From Chiloscyllium plagiosum (Eukaryota), in contig NC_057718.1 in NCBI RefSeq assembly GCF_004010195.1, positions 42,568,902 to 42,632,901 on the forward strand: DNA of 64,000 bases, given 5' to 3'. Below are positions 24,948 through 36,398 of this stretch, piece after piece. The notes under the pieces were generated by a model. That model was not told where the DNA came from, ran no database searches, and was given only the letters and a program-made list of their open reading frames with translations. The position numbers and the translations under genes were made by a program. The stretch's first letter is position 1. Every line of letters starts with the position of its first letter.

Positions 24948-27900
24948 ATCATAGTTGTGGGTCTTATGACACGGCAGTGAACCCCTCTGTTAATTAAATC
25001 AAACACTCACCTCGACTCATAATCTGTTAAAATATGAGTGACAGAGAACTCCCAAATTCCACTAATTAAAGAAAATAACATCAATTTATTCTTAACTCTA
25101 AAAGTGAATATTAACCAACAACTATTCACAACTCTAAGCTCCCCTTTCTCTTAACTGCATATTATCTGCCTCCAGCTCTATTACAATATATTGTTCCAAT
25201 AAAACACTTACTAAAATTACATCAACTTAATTTCAAAACCATACAGCAGCTATCATTGTCGATAGGTCATCTTCCAGCTGAAGATCTCCCTGGGTCATCA
25301 TCTTTATTTTTACTGTGAAGATGTTTCATGTGAATAGGTACCTTTGGTGGAAAGTGTTTCAATGGCAGTTATACTTTCTGACTTTCAGACTGCCTGTCTT
25401 TTTTATATCCCCACCAGTGCATCATCTCATTGGTTTGATGTTGGCAAAAAACAATAAATTCAAACTCAGTTGGGTTTTGGTATTCTGGAGCATAATTTAA
25501 ACAGGTTAAATTTGAATTGTTGTCAAACTCAGGTACCTATTTCACAGTTAGATGTTACACATTTTCATTTTCCAGTACACTCTGAGACTGCTAGTTGTTC
25601 ATATGACAGATGCTTGTAAGCTCTCAGTGCAAAATAGTATTCGCTCTCTCTTAAAGGTACAGTACACGCCTTCAACTTCATAACAGTGAGTGTGTTCGCC
25701 AAACTGGGAAGTTGATTTGCAGACGTTTTGTCCCCTGTGTAGGTGACCTCTTCAGTGCTTTGGAGCCTCCTATGAAGCGCTGCTGTTCTGTGTCTTCTGT
25801 AATTTATTTGGTTCCATTCCTACTGCTTCCGGTTGTCGGTTCTGGTTGTTTGTTGTAGTGGCTGGTATGTTGGGTCTAGGACTATGTGCTTGTTGATGGA
25901 GTCCACGCTGACAGAAATTCTCTGGCTGTCCTTTAGTTTGTCCTATGATTGTTGTGTTGTCCCAGTTGAATTTGTGGTCCCTTGTCATCTGTGTGTGTGT
26001 CGCTACTAGGGACAGCTGGTCATGGCGTTTAGTGGCTAGTTGGTGTTCGTGAATGCGAATTGCTTGTTGTCTACTTGTTTGTCCGATAGTGTTTCATGCG
26101 GTCTTTGCATGGAATCTTGTAAATTACATTTGTCTTACACGTGATGGTCTTTTGTCCTGGTGAGTTGTTGTATGAATGTGGTTATCGGTTTATGGGCTGT
26201 CATGGATCCCAGTAGTTGGAGAAGGCTGACTGTCAGTTCTGAGATTGTTTTTAATGTAAAGTAGCGTGGCTAGTGAGTTAGGTTGTGGCATGTCCTTGTC
26301 GCGTTGTTTGTCAGGCATCTGCAGATGAAGTTGTGGGGTTATCTGTTCTTGGCAAGTACTCTGGAGATGTTCTTCCCTTCGCAGGTCAGGACTGCTGCAG
26401 TGTGTTGTAGTCCTTTTGAACAGGATCCTAATGTAGCAACTTTTGTGTGTGTTTGGGTGGTTGCTGTTGGAGTGCAGAACTCTGTGTGGTTTTCCTGTAC
26501 ATTTTCATGGTGCGTTCGTGTTCTTTGTACCATCACATCAAGGAATGTGAGTTGATGGCTGGTTTCATTCTTTTGCGTAAATCTGATCCCTGTGAGCATG
26601 GTTTTAATAATCCGGTGTGTGTTCTCGATTTCTGATCTCTAAATGATAACAAAAGTATCATCCATTTATCTGATTCAGAGTTTGGGTTGGATTTGTGGGA
26701 GGGCTGTTTGTTTCAGTCTTTGCATCGCTGCTTCTGCTATTAGCCTAGGGATGGATGAGCCCATAGGTGTTCCATTGATCTGTTCATATCTTTGGTTGTT
26801 TAATGTGAAGTGTGTCCTCAAGCAGAGTTCTAGCAATTTGAGTATGCAGTCCTTGTTGATAGGTTCCCCATCGTGTCATTTGTTCTGCCTGTCCAAGAGG
26901 TTGATTATTGTCTCTCTCTCTCTGGCAGGTGAACAGTGCTGTTACATCAAATGAGACCATTGTTTCATCCTTGTCTATGTGTTTATGTTCTTGATGTTGT
27001 CTGGGAATTCCTGTGATGATTATATGACGTGTTTGGATCTGCTGATAAAATGTTTTAGTTTTTGTTGGAGTTCTTTTGCCAGTTTATGCAATGGAGTTCC
27101 AGGGACTGTCACAATGGGTCTGAATGGTATGTCTGGTTTGTGTACTTAGGGTAATCCGGAAAATGTTGGAGAGTTGCTTTCTGGTTTCATCCTTTGTAAG
27201 TCAATCCTGGCTATTAGTCCATTTTTTCTGTAGGATCCATAGTATGTTTATTCTATTGGTTAGCTGTGGCGTGTGGTCACACTCCCTCTGTAGGTAGGTG
27301 TCGGTATCTGCAAGTATCTCTGCTTTCTGAATATATTCAGTCTTGTCTGTGATAACCATCATTCTGCCCTTGTCCGCTGGTACAATGATTATGTTCTTGT
27401 CATTGAGTGTTTTTAGAGCTTCACTCTCTTCGGTGTTGAGGTTATTCACTTGTCTTTTTGTTAGTAAGGATGCAATAGTTTGCCTGACTGCTTGCTGTGT
27501 CTCTTTGGTTAGTCTGTTAGTTCTGAGCATACATTCTCGTGCAGCTAGGAAATCTGTTGTTTTTGCATCCCTTTGGTTGTAGTTGAGTCCCTTGGCTAGT
27601 ACAGCTTTTTATGTGTCTGTAAGCTGTCTGTTGGGGAGGTTTCTTACCCAGGTGTCTGTCGAGTTGTCTTCTCTGCTCTTGGTTGACTTAGTCATTTTGA
27701 CTTGTAGTGCTGTTCTCTTTCTCTGTGGTTCTGTTGTGTCCTGTGGTGATGGCCTGTTCGATTGTTGTGGTCCACTTCTGACTGGTTGGTTTTGAAAGAT
27801 TCCATGTAAAGACTGCACAAAAATTTATATAGGACAAATAGGCAGACAGCTAGCAATCCACATCCACTAACACCAACTAGCCACTAAACATGACCAGCTG

Positions 27901-28258
27901 TCTCTAGTAGCCATACACACAGATGACAAGGACCATACATTCGACTGGGGCAACACAACGATCATAGAACAGCCAGAGAATTTCTAGAAGCATGGTACTC
28001 ATCCACAGACTCCATCAACAAGTATATAGACCAATGTACCAGCCAGTACAACGAAAACCGGACCCGGCAACCAGAAGTAGCAGGAGCAGAACCAAATAAA
28101 TTCTAGAAGAGACAGTACAGCAGCGCTACACAGGAGTCTCCAAAGCACTGAAGATGTCACTTAGGGGACAAAACATCAGCAAATCAATTTCCCAGCTCAA
28201 CAAACACACCCACAGCTACGACAACAGGCAACCAAGCTACATATCTTTGCACAAAACT
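24948..28258 (-). mobile_element. Near-complete Poseidon-like PLE (RT and GIY-YIG, decayed) with an inverted 3' copy at 27797-28258 and a 10-bp TSD
   Basis: Minus strand has IIIVPADKGR, YEQINGTPMG, DDTFVI, LTFLDVMV and VIYKIPCKD. Plus strand 27797-28258 repeats KIPCKDC..YIGQIGRQL. TGTTTCAAAT is at 24938-24947 and 28259-28268. Confidence 0.9.
24962..25685 (-). mobile_element. Solo LTR nested in the PLE terminus
   Basis: Minus-strand termini are TGTTATGA...TCATAAGA and the flanks are GTGGG / GTGAG. On the minus strand, ATATAAAA (~25401-25408) lies upstream of AATAAA (25085-25090). Confidence 0.75.
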
Positions 28259-28464
28259 TGTTTCAAATGTAGTTCATGGTTCCTTCACTTTTGTGTGAAA
28301 TGAGTATTCACCATCCAGTTTTCTATGTGTAAGCATTTATTCCCTAGTAGTTCAAAGTAAAAGCAGGGATCAAGATAATTACATTTGTTTGAATTAAAAA
28401 TTGGATTGAAATAACTAATCTCTTCTGAGGTAAATTCAGATTGCATTTGACAGTAAAATTAACT

Positions 28465-28830
28465 AATCACATTGGACTTGCAATTTGTAAGCCAAGCTTC
28501 CAATCTTGATCACTTTTTGCATGATGTTGAAATATTTCAGAAAACATTCTTTGTGTTGCAAAAGTCAAGACCAGGTATATTCAGTGCGATTGTAATGAAG
28601 TTCTTGTTCGCACAAAAGCTCTCCCTTTTATTCGTGTACATTTTGGTGGTTGAATCCTGGGTGACAAGGGCTATCCTTTCCTGACTTGGTTGAATGACAC
28701 CAGTGAGATATCCCCATATTACAGCAGAAGCATGCTACAATTCAGCGCACACCACCATCAGAAGTGTTGTTAAAAAAGCATTGGCTTGTTGTAGATGTGC
28801 TTTTGCTACCTTGACTGGTCTGGAGTGAAC
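28465..28830 (+). pseudogene. Fossil PIF/Harbinger DDE transposase fragment
   Basis: With stops and frameshifts it reads G*ILGDKGYPFLTWL/MTPVRYPHITAEACYNSAHTTIRSVVKK/IGLL*MCFCYLDWSG, matching the HARBI1-type LGDxGYP..WLMTP..YN.AH..R..VE motif. Confidence 0.85.
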
Positions 28831-30387
28831 CACGGGAGTCTGCTGTTTACTTTAAAACATGACAATGTGATACAGGAAACCTTTGCAACTTAAGCAGGAG
28901 GAGCAGCTCTGCTGCTCGGGTGAGATTGAATTCGATGTGCCTGAGGAGGGGTCATGAATGTGTATGAGCCTTTATTATACATCAAGGCCGCGGAAAGAAA
29001 TGTATGCGATATGAGGGATAACCTAATATACACCAGATACACCCAAGGATGGAACCTGCATAACCATGATTTCTGCCAGAACTCTCATTACCTATTTAAA
29101 AGGTAAACTAATCCCTGCCAACCTAACGTGGCAGAGCTCCCTCTAAACCTGCATCCTCTGCCACCTAGTAGAGTAAGTAGAGCAATGCATTGTCTCTCAC
29201 ATTCACTAATTAATACTAGTCCTGGCAATATCGAACTTTGCCATATAAGCCCATCATGACCAGGAAATATGATCCCCCACAAGCTTTACATGGCTTACAA
29301 CATATCAGTTTGCCCACTAAATGATCTCAGGCATCCTTCTGTACAAGTCATAGCTGGGAGGGTCAGCTGAGCCTGCAAGTTCATCATCAGAATGGCCAAT
29401 ACAACCCTATAGACATTGTGCCTTCCACAATGAAAGAAATACCCTGAACTCTATAATAGCTCTTAACATGCCACTCATGAGGCCTGCCAGTATATTTGTC
29501 TCTCTAAGTGAATTACATCAAATGACAGTGATGCACACATGAATAAAGTGAAACCAATGTGATTTGAAGTATTTACAAATGAAGTTAAAATCTGAAAAGC
29601 ACCCATGACCTCTTTATGTGTTCTGTATAAAACTTATGTTAGTAGCATTTTGTTTGGGCTGGAGAGTTCTGGCAGTGATGCAGACCACCATATTTGTCCA
29701 GGAAGAATTTTTTACAGCCTACCTTTTCTTGCTGCATTAACAACTGGTTATAGCTTTCATCAAAGTAAACCTTTCCTCCCCGATCTAATTGCACGTGTCT
29801 TTTGGGCTCACATTTTAATTTTTCATTAAAATTGAGTAGAAGGCAGCTTCCAAGATGGGAGCAGAATTGTCACCCACTTTTGGTACTGCCACTGGGAACA
29901 GCATGCCACTAATAAAATACCGTCTTACATGTATGCCTAATAGTTACGATGTTCCTCTCTCCTGTACCATTGGAAATCAGGAGGCTGTCTTGTTGATGGA
30001 TATAAGGGACTAAAACATAGTTCAGCCTGAGAAAACTATTTCGGCTCATTTTGTTAGATTTTCTATAATAATCATTTAGTTTGCCTGAAAATGAAGTGTT
30101 CGACAGCTCAGAGCAGTTATTTTAAATAGTATGCAAGCATCGTGTGTGAATTGTACTGTTCAGCATTTGATTGACAGCTTCTTTTGAAATAAACATATCA
30201 TTACTTAAAGCCATGATCATAGTTTTGAACATGTTTTGCAACCAGTCTTTTTCAAATCAAGACTCTATTTGGAGGCTTGAAAGACTTTTTTTTAAATGGT
30301 GTTGACTGCAAGCTTCAGGTTCAGCTATCTCTAAGCCTGTTTGACCTGCTTTCAGATCAGGCTTTTGTGAGAACTGGCATTTTTAAA

Positions 30388-30480
30388 AATTGAATTGAAT
30401 TGAATTGAATCATTTATTGTCACGTGTATTCAAGGTAAAATACAGTGAAAAGTGTACAGTCACCATGCATAGGTACCATT
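30388..30480 (-). mobile_element. (AATTG)n microsatellite plus a probable Rex1/Babar-type retroposon 3' end
   Basis: aattgaattgaattgaattgaatcatttattgtcacgtgt..tacagtgaaaag. Family assignment is from memory. Confidence 0.45.
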
Positions 30481-33400
30481 CATGTTAACCTTAAAATAAA
30501 AAATAAAGAAAGATAACTTAAAGAGAGTCCAACTTTTCCTTCTCCTCTGCTGCAATCCCACTCCGGGCTTTACCAACCCATGCCATGCCATCACCATAAT
30601 CCCGCTCCAAGCTACACTAACCCACTCTACACAGAAATGAGAGTCCTGCTCCAGGCTTTATAGGCCACCTGACTCTGTAGCCATGCTGCCTCTGCCCATT
30701 CCGGAAATCATTGAGGCTGCTTTCCTACTGGAGAGCCCTTTACTTTTGAGTGTAACGCGAATGAAGGTTGTTATTTTTGTGTCTTCCGAGTTTTATTTTG
30801 GATGGTGCTGTGATGTGATGGAAGAATTCTCAGGCTCACATACAGTTTGAACGCCTGCAACATAAAACGTTTCTTTCATTGAATAGAATGATCTTTATAC
30901 CAGCTGATGATAATCAGAGGAGAGTTTTACAGGCTGCCCCATCCCATAAGCTGAGAGAGGAACAACTACAGTTACAAGTATCACATCGGATGTCACCTAG
31001 AATTCAGAAATGCAACTGTAGTCTCAGCAAGTGGAGACTGTCTTGAAAGGATACAAACCCAGCAGAAGTATGAATACACTCAAATAGAAACAATAAATTA
31101 TCATGATTTTTAAGCATGTTGTGATTTGTTTTACATTTCTTAAGTGAATATATTTTGTAATTTGTAAGTTTCATTTTCTGAGGACTAAGTAAATTTTTTT
31201 TATGTGATTGCAATTTGGTTATTCTTGTCCTTTTTTTCAGTAGTAGCACTGTCTTACTGAACATTGGGAATTTTCATCAGTCCTTGGTAATTTCTCACTA
31301 GTTGTTCTCAAGACAATTTTATCACTTTTCTTTCAGATTTATGATCTCCTCAATTCCAAGTTGCTGCAGTTTGAGTTTGAGCCAAACAACTAAGTGTGAC
31401 AGGAATATATGGTACATTTCCCAGAAGTGGCTGGTACATTTTTAAAAAGAAAAAAAACACATCTATATAGTACTGTTCACATCCTCAGGCTGTTCTAAAG
31501 CACTTCAGAGCTAGGAAATTATGTTTAAAGTATAATGTAGATGTAATGCAGATTTTTTTTTAAACGATTCTGTTGCTCTTTGAAACAACCAGCACAAACT
31601 GAATGGGCCAATTGGCCTTCTTTTCTGCTATGCTATTCTATGACAGTTGTTGCTGCCTGTGTCAGCATTAATGATTAAGGTTTTTATACAGCCAAGTTAT
31701 GTCATATGCAAAAGAGAGGGGATGAACAAGGAATTGAATGTGGAGAAGGAGTGAGAATGTAAGCTCATCTTTTTGTGTTACAAGAGCTTCCAGTTGGCCT
31801 TTTGCTGAGTTAATCCTAGCCTCTGCATTTGATCCCTTCCAACTGCACCTCAGCCCTCTTATCCATCTCTGGCCTGATATGTTGCCTGCCATTTTTATAT
31901 AAACTCATCAGCTGTTAACAAACCATAGAATCTTAGATAGGTTACAGCTCAGAAAGATGCCATTCAGCTTATTTTGTCAGCACTGGCTGAATGAACTAGC
32001 CACCCAAGCTAATCCAACTTAATGGAGTAAATAAGTAAAGGATCAGTAATGTGTGAATGCCACAGAGAGTAGAAGAGAGTTCATAGAGCACAGAAAAAAT
32101 GGCAGCAGCAAAGATACAACATGATGAAACATGTGATGTAGAGAGAAGGAAGGACTTGGTTGTAAGAAGAGCATCAGAAGAATGCAAGCAATGTAAAGAG
32201 GCAATGTTACAGATAAAGGAAGATTTTACGAACAATATTCCTAGGCAGCGTAACAGCAGATAAGCATATTTTAGTTTTCTACCAAAGTGGATGAAATTAT
32301 TATTGGAAAATTATGTCATGGACTTTTAGAAGTTTTGTTTTGTCAATTATAATCTTAATATGTTTGCAAAGTGTAAGAAGATTATAAAAATGAATTGTTC
32401 TGCAATCCACAAGTAAACCAAACCTGACATGTTAAAGCTGCTTTTTTATATGCATATAAAAAAATGACCCCTGGGAATAAGATTACTGATATAGTTTAAT
32501 TTTATTACAGTGCTATAAAGATAACTGTACCACAATGAAATAATTTCTATATTGCATAATGTTGCACAGGATCTTACACTTTTAAGTCGAAGCATCATTC
32601 TGCAGTTTGTAGCTTCAATGTGATGATAACTGAACCACAGAGAAAAGCAAAACATGATTATACCTAGAATGTATGACCCAGTAGATTAAAAGTCAGAATT
32701 TTCTGAGCAGTATGGAATTAAGTAATTGGCTCATTGTTTTCCTTTGTAGAAGTGCTAGACCATTCATTATGTGTATAGGTGAATAAAAATTAATTGTGGC
32801 ATAGATAATCAGCTGCAGCAATTAAAGTCATTCCAGTTGATGTCCCATTGCATTACTCATAATAAAAATAAAAAGTAAATCTTTGTCTCTCAATCTGAAA
32901 TTTTCTCTTTGTTTGACATTAGTTAATTGTTTTTGAGTCTCAGCTCTGTTTTTCTTTCACACTTCCATACTTTGTGTCCTGCCTTTCCTGTTTTGCTGCA
33001 ACCACAGATGGTGGCAGTTGCAATGTTTGCAGCTGTATTTGTTAGAATGTTTGCCTGCAAACAATATATTTCAAAAACAAGTGGAAAATTTCAACAAAAC
33101 TTGTTCTCAATGAAAAACTATGGATATCCGAATCCTGGATTTTTTTGAAGGTTCTATTACAATGAAGAAATTGGGAAACTGGTTAAAATCGTCACAGCTG
33201 TCAAAATTTGAATGTTGTTTCCAAAGTAGGTTGTTAGTTGTAGTATGATAGCACCTCAATGAGATGGAAGCTCCTAAGTCTTTTTTTCATTTTAATTTCA
33301 GCTGTGTAGTTACATAACATCAAACAGCTAAGGAAAAGCTGAGGAATGGCTGCGCAATTGTCATATAGTTGAGTTAACAGAGTGTGGCACAGGTATGCAC

Positions 33401-34099
33401 TCTGTTGTGTGTCCACTGTAATTATCTCTTTATTTAATCTTTATTTTGTGTATCACTGGTTATTTCCTCCACCCTTCTTGTTAAGCTTTTCTCTCTCTAC
33501 CTTCTCTCTTCTTTATGCCTTCTACCTTCCCTATATGCATTTTATTCCTTTAATCTGTTTTTCTATTCTCACTTATTATCTCTTCTGTTACATCTCCCAC
33601 TGTTTTGTTTCTGATCACGCTCAATCTATAGTGTGTATTGTCTCCTAGATCTTTCACTACTTGCTTGATATCTCCTTCCTTTTCATTATGTTTGACTCTT
33701 CCCATTGTATTTAATGATGGTAATGGAGTAGGTTTGAAATTTTAATTTCTTAATGTGATTTAGTTTTTAACAATTGATGGATACAAAGCATCAGATTGCA
33801 TATCCAGTGGAAAACAAATCTTTCTTGTGGATTACATCTTTAGTCTTTTGTATCTAATACTGTGTATTTTAGCAGGGAACTAAGCTACCTAGCACCTGAT
33901 CAAAATCTATATCAGAGAGGGTTTTTGAACCACACAATCAGTAAGGAGCAGACCATCATAGTACTTTGGAGTGATGCAAAACAGAGAGAGTCCTTTGGTT
34001 TATATGTGATAGTACAAAAGTAAGATTAAGGTATGGGATGGCAGCTCAACTAAGCACAGTGCCAACCCTTTGGGATGTGGGAAGTTGTGGACATTTTCA

Positions 34100-34965
34100 C
34101 ATTGCCCAGACAGCATCAAATACGGGCACAAGGTTCAGTTTAAAGTTTTCAGAGCTGATGCAGTGGTTATAGTCCCTACGATACATTCATGAGACAGAGA
34201 ACTGTAGATGGCATGTTCATACCACAGGATAGGAGCATGCAGGCAGCGGAACTGAGTGACCATCAGATAGTCAAAGAGAGCAGGGCAAATAACTCAGGAA
34301 ATTTAAGTACTGCTCCTTAATCAGTTTTCCAATGTGGACTCTGATGGTGGCGATTCCTCAGAGGAGTGCAGCAAGACCCAAACCTATGCCACAATAGGTA
34401 GCCGAATTACTATAGAGAGAAGAAAGTTGAATGGGAGAGCAACAGTTAGACAGCATTCATTTCTTCTGGAAACAGGCATTTTCCGTGGCCATAAGCATGA
34501 CTGCAAGACTGCATGACCGATCAAGGGGGAGGATAGATTGGATACAGTGGTGTTGTTTACCTTAGAACAGAGGAGCTAGGTGATGCCCTAATTGAAGTGT
34601 ACAGAATAACAAGGGGCTTGGACAGACTGAACAGGGAAGACTAGTTTTCCTGTACAAGAGAGATCAGTTACTGGGGTCATAGATTTAAGGTAATTTGTAG
34701 AAGAATTAGAGGGGACTTGGCAAGAAGCTTTTTCACCCAGAAGACAGTGAATGTCTGAAAATCCACTGCCTAGTTTGATGGTTGAGGCAAAAGTCCTCAA
34801 TTCATTTAAAAGAAAGCTGGATTTGCACCTGAAAGTGTTGTAACCTAAAGTGCTGTGGACCAGGTGCTACAAAGTAGCATTAGAATGGGTGGGTAGTCTA
34901 TTCAACCAATTTAAATGCAATAGGCTAAATGGCCTCTTTGTGTACCATGTCTTTTCCTTGGTTCA
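34100..34965 (+). mobile_element. Degraded CR1 fragments (ORF1 remnant joined to ORF2 C-terminus and 3' UTR)
   Basis: ttagaacagaggagcta..ctaattgaagtgtacagaataacaaggggcttggacag and ttttcacccagaagacagtg. Confidence 0.65.
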
Positions 34966-36398
34966 GTTCTATGTCAGTGCCCAGCAGCAGGACATTCTTT
35001 CGTGGGGAGGATGAATAGCCAGAGGTTCATGTTTGTACAAAATAATTTCTTGGCTATGTGGATTCATAGACTTGCTGGTCATAAATGGATACATCCAGGC
35101 TGAAACATCAGGTTCTATGGTATAACCAACATGGTAGGATTATGTAATCTAATTTTAAATGTGGCATGAGACATGTGATATACACCTGCATGTTCCATGA
35201 AGACAAAGCTTTGGTCTCCTCTGTCTATAGAGCTTGAATAAGTTGCTTCAACCAAGAGCAATGAATTAAGAAATTGCTACCAAACTTGTATGTTCAGAAT
35301 ATGATCTTTAGTCTGGGCAAAACCATTGTGTCGGCACTTACAGTAATTTGGCCAACATGAATAACATAAACCACGATTAGGACATAATGTAACACAGTTC
35401 CTAATGGTAGAATAGAGCTGGTTGGAAAAAATGCCAGGAATCATTAACTACTCCTGTCAAGTATCTGATGGTTTTTGATATATATAAACATTAAATAGTG
35501 AACCAAAATTATACTTTTCATAAATGTCAATATTTCCTTGCTGTGGACAAATGGGTGCTTTTCTGACCTAAAATCTTAGTTGCTTATGTTTGCTTCAGGA
35601 TAAGCATCTCAAGGTGGCAAATGTTGACTTATCTGGCCTAGTGGGGACTCACTGATGGAAATAGTTATAACTCGTTGCCGAGTCTTTCATTGTCTAGTTC
35701 ATTCCTGGCAAAAGACCTCAAAGCAGACTCTTTGTTTATCTTATTTCTTCTTTTCTTCTATAATGATGAAGGCTGATTCCATTTGAAACTATTTTTAAAG
35801 AAAATTATGAACATCATTTCCTTTTCATTTGTTTACATAAGAGCAGTTTGAAAATTCAATCCTTCATAAAATTGAAATAATTCAATAAACCAATATTATT
35901 GTACCCAGTTTCCAGAAAAATGTAGGAAAATGTAGAAATTTATTGCAGAATCTGGAATCAGTTAGATTGTATAGTACAAATTATGCACATTAACTTACAC
36001 ACCTTAGACTCAACTACTATGAAGGCTAAGTAAATAGATCAAAGATTCAACCTAAAATTAAATTGAGTGTTTCTAAAGAAGATGTACTTTGCTGTTGTGC
36101 TCTCATCTGGCACTCATGCACTTATCAGAACAGTCACAAGCATGTTAATGTAAAGGGGAACATCATTTCATATTGTGTGAGAAGAGTGTTGTTTAGTTGG
36201 CATGTGGACTTTGATTGCTAGAGGCATTGCCATAAAGTTACATTAGAGAAATGTGGTTTTAATGCTTTAACTCCATGACAATTCTGTATTTATAGAATAG
36301 ATAATCGATCATGTTTTCTTTGTACCACATAGCTGATTTCATCATATTTGTCATTGTAAAGTGTGTTACAGGTGACACTTCCAGCTGAGTGGCTTATA

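Noticed and set aside
30888..31410. Exon-like segments with plausible acceptors at 30887 and 31336, including a possible in-frame TGA
   Set aside because: Stops in every frame, weak donors, no recognisable protein and no SECIS seen.
33430..33710. Hydrophobic ORF 33382-33648; similar at 4919-5233
   Set aside because: Explained by pyrimidine-rich low-complexity sequence.
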